In this document: one piece after another, positions 54,001-63,000 of the stretch
Layout of the letters: the number at the start of each line of letters is the position of its first letter
Position numbering within the stretch: the first letter of the stretch is position 1
NCBI GenBank assembly: GCA_002633005.1
Contig: NMRA01000118.1
Span: 310,707 to 374,706, forward strand
DNA from: Phoronis australis
Taxonomy: Eukaryota; Animalia; Phoronida
Length of the DNA stretch: 64,000 bases
Reading direction: 5' to 3'
Program-made: the position numbers and the translations under genes
The notes under the pieces: generated by a model
What the model saw: the letters and a program-made list of their open reading frames with translations, nothing else
Databases searched by the model: none
Told to the model about the DNA's origin: nothing

Positions 54001-57000
54001 TAGAATCTGCAATTAAGTATTAAAAGTCACATGCAGCAAACTCTTTGACAACCTTTGATTTGGTTCACGTCATGATGTGGAACACTTTGTTTTAGTCACT
54101 TAATACTTACAGAGTGATTATCAATTGCACATCGTTATAGCATGGACAGGATGTAATTCATGATACCTTCATCCTAAAAATTCATTGCTGCTAAATTGAT
54201 TTGGTCTAATTTGAAGATTACGATTCCTGCTCGACCTAATTGACATTGTATAGGACTTATAGACTTGGATAGATGCAATTTCGTTGAGGTCAAAGTTGGC
54301 GTACAGTTTAGATCAGTGCCACATTTTCTCCTCAGACGAGAAACCCCGTTTTGTTTACAATAATATGAACACCACTAGGGGATGCCACAGTTATCTACAA
54401 ATCAACGTCAGCCATAGCCTTCTAGTCAGGAACACATCAGACGTTAAAGTTTCAAAATCATACTTTAAACAGTTGGGCAGATAAACAGGCAGAGGCCAAA
54501 GAACAGAATAAAAAAATAAAAATTTTCACTTGGCTGCTAGGTGGTGCAAAAGTACATCAAATTCAACTTAAAATGAAACAGCATCGACGCCTCTTTACTA
54601 GAAAACTATTTGCCAAATTTCACAAAATCCATAAATGACCTCCGAAGATACAGAGGAAAATGTAAAAAATAAAATTGCCACAAGGGGGCACAGCGGTTGT
54701 CAGATTGATGTGAAACTCGTCATCATCTGTTATCAGCTTATGATAGGAAAACATCTGCCAAATTTCACAAAGATCCTGAAAACAGTTAAGAAGATACAGC
54801 TGTAGATGCAAAAAAACACAAAGGGGTACCATATTAGTCGAATATGCCAAATCTGTCAGAAAACAGGAAGGTGATGTCGTCTCCTTCATACACATCTATT
54901 TGCCAAATTTCAAGAAAACCTATCAAGGGTCTTCCAGACTTGAAAATACTAAAGCAAATGTAAAAAAAAACAAAATTGCCCGGCACTAGGGGCCCTAGCA
55001 GTAGTCCGAAATTTGTTGTTGTTAGTAGTCAAATTCATATGGAACACTTCTGTCAAATCTCATTAGGATGCTGCCAGGCATTTATAAGATATATAATGCA
55101 GCAGCATACGATCTTGAAAACCCAGAGATGGAGGCAATATGCACCCACTTATCAATATGTGGGCACATAATAATCAAGAATAAAAATGTCGAAAACAAAA
55201 CCCCAATTCTGCAAAATTAAGGCCACCCAAAGTATCAGGATAATTTCATAACATACTCTGCACTGAATCCCATGAAATGCATTGCAACTCTTCCAAAGAC
55301 TGTCCCCCAAACTGTGCCGTTCATAAAGCGAGGCATCGGTATTTTTCCACTCTCAAATCCCATGACTGTGATGGACATCTTCTCAACCATTTTCTCCGCC
55401 ATCATCACGGTTTCTTCCAAAGAGCGACCGAACGCTTTGGCATCAAAGTAGTCATAAAACTCCGAAGAAAACTAAAAAGTAAATGGACATCACAATGGCT
55501 TACACAAAATTCTTGAATCATGCCCAAATGCTCTGTAGAACATGTAAAATGATGGCAGATCACCCGACAAAATACAATTTCAAGCACAGCTCCGAGTGGC
55601 ATTGATGATCCACCATTTTTTTATTAAACCTCTCCGTCATTTGGAGCTCTGAGTTGCTTAGTGAAATTGTGGGGCCAAGCTGTGGAAGCCAGACTTGAGC
55701 GAGATGTAAGTCTGTAGGCTATGTCTTTCAATTGCAAGACACTGAGTTTGTTTGAGACTCAAGCCACATTTGCACTGCATTGCATATGTAACCAGACATC
55801 GACTAATCCTGCTATGGCAATGTGACGTGTCTCATCGACAGGCCGACGCCGACGGGTATACTACTGTACTCCTACATGTACTATTCAAGTACTAGTAACA
55901 GGGGCTTTAGACAAAACAGCTAGAAAACGAAGCTCGATATATTTTGAAACACAGATTGCAATGCTTTTTTGTTTGAAAAATATTGAAAGGAAGCGAAGTT
56001 ACGACAGTCACGATCACTAACTGACTCAGTAACACTACACTATGCCGCATTGCCAATGGCATTGGCGTAGTCAGAAGAAACAAGTCGAAAACAAACCTCA
56101 GTTAGTAAATTGAATTATGACGCAAACTCACCATCAACGTTAGTGGTGTGAACATTCCATTCTTGCCCACCAATTCATCCATTAACACGGACTGGTCTAC
56201 TTGCTTGCAAAAGAAGTTTCCCATTGACATATTGAGGACTTGTGGAATGGAACACATGTCGGCGCCAGAGGCCAGCTGCATCAACAGTGGAGCCACCTGG
56301 TGGTAAAACAAAAACTGCGGTTTGCCGCGAAAGGGAGGAACATACCATTAAATAAAACTACTCCGCTTACAAGCTATCAGACAGTTATTTAGTTTCATAC
56401 AACTGTAGTAGCCTTTTTAGTCACAAAGGGTTGCAATACAATTTCTCTGAAAATTCAACACGTCTTATCCTACCTGTTGGAAATCTGTCGCCATGTAAAT
56501 AAACTCCTCTACAATTTCTGGTGCATGGTTCAACAACGACGCGAACTTTTTCATCTCTGAAGTGCCGGCGAACATAGTTTCTTTTGGGAATTCTGTGGAC
56601 ATAATAAGCGCATGTGTGACATGATAACCACGTCCAGGTAATTACAAACGTTCATTGACTGCTTGACCGCGCGTGGCGTGGTCAGTACTTGGCATTGACA
56701 GGTGTCAGTCCGAGGAACTAGGCCCTAGGCAGTCCGCAGACCAGAGCCCTCACTGGCACATTGTGGCGGACAATAAAGTCCATGTTAATCCATGTTAGTT
56801 CACATCGCACCAGGGAATCAACAAAATTCTTTTATACCATTTCAAATTTCTAGGCTCTGACAGGCTCAAGAGGCAGACGATAATAGGCCACTTGGCAAGC
56901 ACGAGCTTGGAACTTCGATTTCAGATAGGCCGGCTATATAGGAAACCGGAGACACGTAGTGAAACCAAAAAAACTTTAATAAGGCTTTGTAGTATTATTG

Positions 57001-60000
57001 GCCGGCCTAACCCGGCCTGGCGAGCACCCGCATGACTACTGATGCGTTGTGTTGTATAATTTCCGAAAGCTGTTGTATCTGAAATCAATACCTTCGACCA
57101 TCACCATCAACCGTTTCAAGAAGACCAATCCTTGCTCTAGTCTGACGAATAGTTGACCGTCATCCTGAGATACTTCCCCCAACACTAACTGGACAGTGGG
57201 CGAGATGATCTTGATGTAGTCTTCAAAACTGAAAACAGTCGTTTTAACTATCTCTAGAATACAATGCGTTGTACATGTAGGTCTCATGCTGTAGCCGAAT
57301 TTGAATTTTGTGTCTTGAGTTTCAATGATTTAGGCTTACATTGCGCGATTGCTGTTTCATACTATCTAAGTTGGACTACCAATTTTTAAAATGTTTCGTT
57401 CATGACTCATCAAATCTCGGCGTTTTAAAATATTTCAGTCACGAAAAGATTACTTACGTCTTGTTTCCAAATGACTCAAAATATCGCCCCAATCGATGAA
57501 ATACTTCGCCCCAAACTTTGTCGTTCACCAGTCGCTTGCGCCAGCGTTCCTCCGGCCACATTTGGTTGTGAATGCGATATTCAAATTTACTCATCTCTTC
57601 TATAACCTGGTAAACGGATTTCACTGTTCCTTGAATGTTGTGTGCCATTGAATCGACATCGAAGTGTTCCAAGTTGCTGTCACTGAACTGCAAAAACCAG
57701 AGCACGCTTATGACAAACTGCGTTACACAAGATAGTGAGTCACGACTGGTGCAGCACCAACGGACAGTAGAACCATCTTAGTTCACGAATCAGGAATGGT
57801 TGGGAAGATCGTCGGTGCACGGTAGTATACTCCTGCTAGTAATGCATTAAGAAAGCACGTCGCAAATCCTGCTTAGCATTAAATTCGGAATTCATAATTA
57901 ATTATTTTAATAATATGAAATATTCACAATGTATTCACATGCCGTATAACACATTTTAAAGAGCAAAAAGGAACGCTTATCACGATGAAATACTTCGCGT
58001 GTGTCCAAACATTTATCCATAGTAATAAGAATACATTTGCGGCACTTTCTCGTGAAAACAAAATTTGCGTCCCAAGCAATTGAGTACGTAACATTGTCAG
58101 TTGGAAATTAAGCTAAAAAAATGTATTAAATTCGGTTCGTTTTAAAAAAATTCGATGCCACGTCAAAAGACTATTATTTGGGCTTAGGTTTCGAATAAAA
58201 GGGTTTGTGTAAAGACTCGTTTCATGAAGTTTTTAACAAAAATGAAGCGAAAATAGTGTCTTTAAGTAAAACAAGAATGAAATACCATGAGCGACTCAAA
58301 CTCATATGCTATAAAAGTACAATGTCAACAGTTCCCGTCAAGAGGATAAAAAGTTCTAAAACACTTTATGTTAAAATGACATATACGTCCAGTCGTGAGA
58401 AAATATCCGTGGCGCGGCTACTGGAACGTACTGAGATTGTCAAGAATTCTCATGAAGTTAATTAAGTGCAAGTTTCATCATTTCCTAAGACGTTCAACTA
58501 TCCCAACAAAACAGTTTATGTTACATGACAATCCCGGGACATCTTGTGTTGTTGTTTACTATGTCACTGGCCAGTGCCCACTCATTGTGAAACCTTATAT
58601 GCCAGACAGCTGATATATATTGTAATTAGAGTTAATAAACTTTGTGTGTCAGTAGAAACTCAACGACTGTGATAGTTGTTATGCTGCTCTTCACCGACTT
58701 GCTGTTGCTACCTCGTTAGCCAACTATCTACCGTTCAACCAAGAACCGGGTAACCCAACTATACTGACTACCACGACCTATCCGTACTCTCCACATTGCT
58801 GATGTCTCCACAGCTTGCGTCTCAAATTGCAAGTTGTCGCTGATGCGCGCTAGTATGAAACCATTAGACGCCATCGGGTTAACAAAGCCATGACAGCATG
58901 CTGTAAGGAACGTTGTGAGATATCGTGCACTGTTCTGAGAAATTTTTGATACGCTCAAAGCTGTGCCAAAACTCACGTGACTCATTAGTAATAGGATACA
59001 CGTAATCATCAACGCATTTTCGGAATAGTGCCGCACCTTGGGAAAAAGTTGGCCATTGACCTTTTTACGGATAAATGTAAACAGTGAAGGCCTAAGTGCA
59101 ATGGAATTGGAAATAAAACACCTTCTTCACAGATTGCCACCAGGGGTCCCTTGCAAGAAAGTGACTCAAGATTTAAAACAGAAATTTGGGCTTACGCTCC
59201 ACACAACTAGTACTGAAGGAGCCGGAAAATCCTAGACCAACCGATAACCATGTACCAAATTTCAGAAGTCAGTTCAAAAGCGACTCAAAGTTGTCTAGGA
59301 ATCTTTCCTTGAAACAATGATGACAGTTCACGGTATTGAATGCAAGCCTGAGTCCTGGACAACGTCAAGTGAAACATTCTTGCAGCTTAGGGCTCAAATT
59401 GTAGGCTTATTTTTTCAGATTATCTCTATTTGTTCTTAGAAATTACTGTACAGTTTGTACCAGACCATTGTCCAGAATCGTGCCAAGTTGTCATGAAAAT
59501 GTAACGATGTGTTTGGAAAACAAGCGTAAGCTGATTATTCGCTTTACTTGTTGGTTACCAATCGGCGACAGTGGCCCCAGGCACAAATCCTTAACGACAG
59601 GCTTTTCATTTGAAACCACAGGTCAAGAATAAACAGTTAAATTTCCCTCTACCCATCCTACTCTCAATCATCATAGAATACACGATGTACTTGGACACGT
59701 GATTTCACAACTAGATACTGGTAACTATTAACTAGTTACATAATATGAGGCTAAGCCTACTGATGTATGACCTTAGTTATCGTCAAGTGTGTGTATTTGA
59801 CCAAATATGCACGAACTGTAAATTTTAACAGAGTAAAAGTATACATTTCCTGAGAGTAGAAGGCTTTTAGAATTTAATTCGTAACTATTATAATATTCGG
59901 TCATTTGACGATGTGGTTTTAGTAAATTTTACCCAAAAAAGAAAGGTACATTCATAGCAAAACAACGGCATCAATAAGATGATTAATATGTCGCTCATGA

Positions 60001-63000
60001 TACCAATGTTTTCGTTTCGTGCAAAGTTTGTAATTTTAATAAAATTCATATTTTTCAATAACCCCTCACGCCCAATCGAACACTTCAACAGTGATTCCTA
60101 ATAGTATTTTACAAAAAGTATTGCATCTGAAAATTTCATATGAATGCCATCAACTATTTGAGAGGTTTGATGTTGCTATGTTAGCCAAGTTCGGACATTT
60201 TTAGTGTTCTAGCTAGTGCTACAGCACTTAATATTAGAATGGGATTCAGTTAATTTATGGGAAAGGAGCCTGTCAGCATTGCAAGTACAAGTTCCCGGGT
60301 CGGCACGCGATGCAGCCTTCTCTTTTGCAATATAAGCTTTTCTCTGCGTCTGACAATCAGCACGTAACGTAGTCGTGACCGCTCTTGACAAACTGTTTGC
60401 ACAATGCATCGTTGGGTATTTGGTTAGAAAATCGCCAGTTGGTAACTGGAACTCAGAGAATAGGGAAAACAAATTCTACGACAGGTAGTAAATTCAAGAA
60501 CAAACTATTTGCTGGCTTCTGTTTTCTCAGTAAAGCAGCGAGCATTTTGATATAAAATTCTTTGTAAACACAGAGACGCTTACATGTATGTCCCATTCAG
60601 TTGAAGCGAATCATGTTTGAACATGTAGTACGGGCGAACAAACGTTCATAATACTGAACATAGAAGCTTTCTATGTAGTCAGCCTTGCGCCATTAGTATC
60701 GGGTATCCTAGTGAGACAGCTTTTGTATCACATCTGAGAGACTTTTTACAGCGCGCAATACTTATGCAATACGATTGGTTTGGAGAGTTGTCTAACCAAT
60801 AGTTATATTTATTTCATTGTGTCTAACTCTTGATGATCAGCATCTGAAGTCTCCACTTGTCTTATGAATGCGCGTAAAGCCTTGTCTAATACTGAGCTGT
60901 TAACAGTAGTTGTTGACTTGGGTTATTGATAACTCCACATTCTATCAAAAAATAATAATAAAAAACGAACTATTGATTTAGACCATTTACCGCTATAGAA
61001 TTGGTCTCTACAAACAACTAACAGATCGTTATTGCTTGAAACCTTGTTTGGCTCACAGTGACAACAGGGAAATTGAAGAGCACGGTCTCCAGCTATAACG
61101 AACTGTCGCTTCCAGCTTTGAAGACCTTCATCTCCATCCAATATGACAAAAGGAACTATTTTGTATTAATTTCATAACGGTAAACGGTCTCAACCGGGTT
61201 CGTTGTTTTTGTGATGGAATATGGGTTTAGGCCGCTTTGGATAAAAATACAAAAAACATCCAATTGAGATATTCACATGACGCCCATTGTATACCCAACT
61301 ATGCCCGCAAGGAAACTTTAGGCGAGAGTACACATGGACGAAACACTTGAGCAACCTAAGAATATAAGTGCAAATACTTGCAGGCGTGCAATACAATGAA
61401 CGTAATGCGAATGTTGCGTGAAGATTTGATTGGACGCACATTTAATCCTTGTTGAGCTATAGTCAGTAAACGACAATCAAACAGGTATCACTATGGCTAC
61501 GAGGAATTACTTAAACACTCTCAATCAATATTGTATTAGTTCCCGGGTTGAGATACACGATAGGTGCTCACGTGCCGAAGAAGGAAGAAGACAGACAAGT
61601 TATACGCCTGCCTAATATTGAACCAGTTACCCGAGTTAGCGGCAACAAACGCGGTTTTCTAGCTGTAATCAGCCTCAAGACGGAATCGAAATCACAACCT
61701 TAGCGGACCTAAACTTTAACTGACAAAGTCGCCAGCCTCTATTTTTGCAGATGGTTCGTAATTTGTGATGAAATCAGAAAGAAACTGACTTCGGTGTTTT
61801 ATGTCTTTGTTCATATCTAAATATAATAGTCCGTAAAGTGCATTTTCGACCGTAAACTGATTATGCCAATATAAAAGTACGTTTTGATTGAATTTGTTTT
61901 CCAACAAACAAAGCGCAGAAATTTGCTCTGAATGAAACAACAGTAATGGGACTTGCGTAACTCCTTATAAAGGTAGGGTTTATGAAAAGAAATTCTTAAC
62001 CACTAAATGGCCTTTTGTGCGTCTCCACGGAAGCCGCTTTATTTATTTACACACACAAACTTTGGCAAAGAAACGTATCAATGCAACAGGAAAGTGAGAA
62101 CATTTTAAATAACGTTGAAAAGGGACTCAAAAGAATTAATGTCTACTGGGTGCTGGTGCACTATAGGCTAACACAACCTCGAAACATACAGGGTGCTTCT
62201 ACGCGAGGCCGATACAGCCAACTTATTTCAGTATGTGCCACCTATGACAGGCCGAAAGAGGCTGAGACCTTTTTTCAAATAAACTCTGCAACAGTTTTTT
62301 TATCGCAACCAATTGTGTATTGCTATTTACTCGCGAACTTGTCACCGAATCAAAGTTCTTTCATATCTCCCTTTGCAAACATGTGCTTGACACATGATGT
62401 ATTTTCTGAATTTTACAGCGTCAGTGCAGTTGCGGTCCCGGCGCGAGATATGTCTGCGGTGCACGGAAAAAAGAAATGAAGCTCGTGAGAAAAGAACTGC
62501 GTTCGTTGGAAAATAACAGTGATATTGGAAACATCTGCGCTGTCAGTGAGGAAGAAATATAATCTAATTCAAGTAAACTTGAAATTAGTCGATCTGACCG
62601 TGGGCCTGAACAGGGCAATAAAAGATAGCATTGCAGAACAATTTTTGTTTGTTGTAGCGACATCGATGTCATTAGCCGAAAGTTTCGCGTCCAGGATAAT
62701 GACAGCGACTACTTGTGATAACTAAATATAATTATTAAGCAACAAAACTTACAATTTTCAACAGAGAGTGCATGATGCGAGACTTTGACCCGCTCATTTC
62801 GGCGAATAACTCCTCCCAGTTGGTCTTGCAGATGATAGATACAATATCTCGAACCTGGATGTTAGAGTTTTCTCCTAAATTGACATATGGTTCAAGTATC
62901 CGAGGGTCTAAACATGCAGCCATCGGGTCATCCTTAAGTTTCAAGTACATCGGGATGACCTGCGAAAAGAGAACGATATAACACCGACTAACTACATGCC

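Noticed and set aside
57700-62740. Nested gene in the 5-kb intron (ORFs up to 154 aa)
   Set aside because: No recognisable motifs or consistent exon chain, and the flanking exons join in phase without extra exons.
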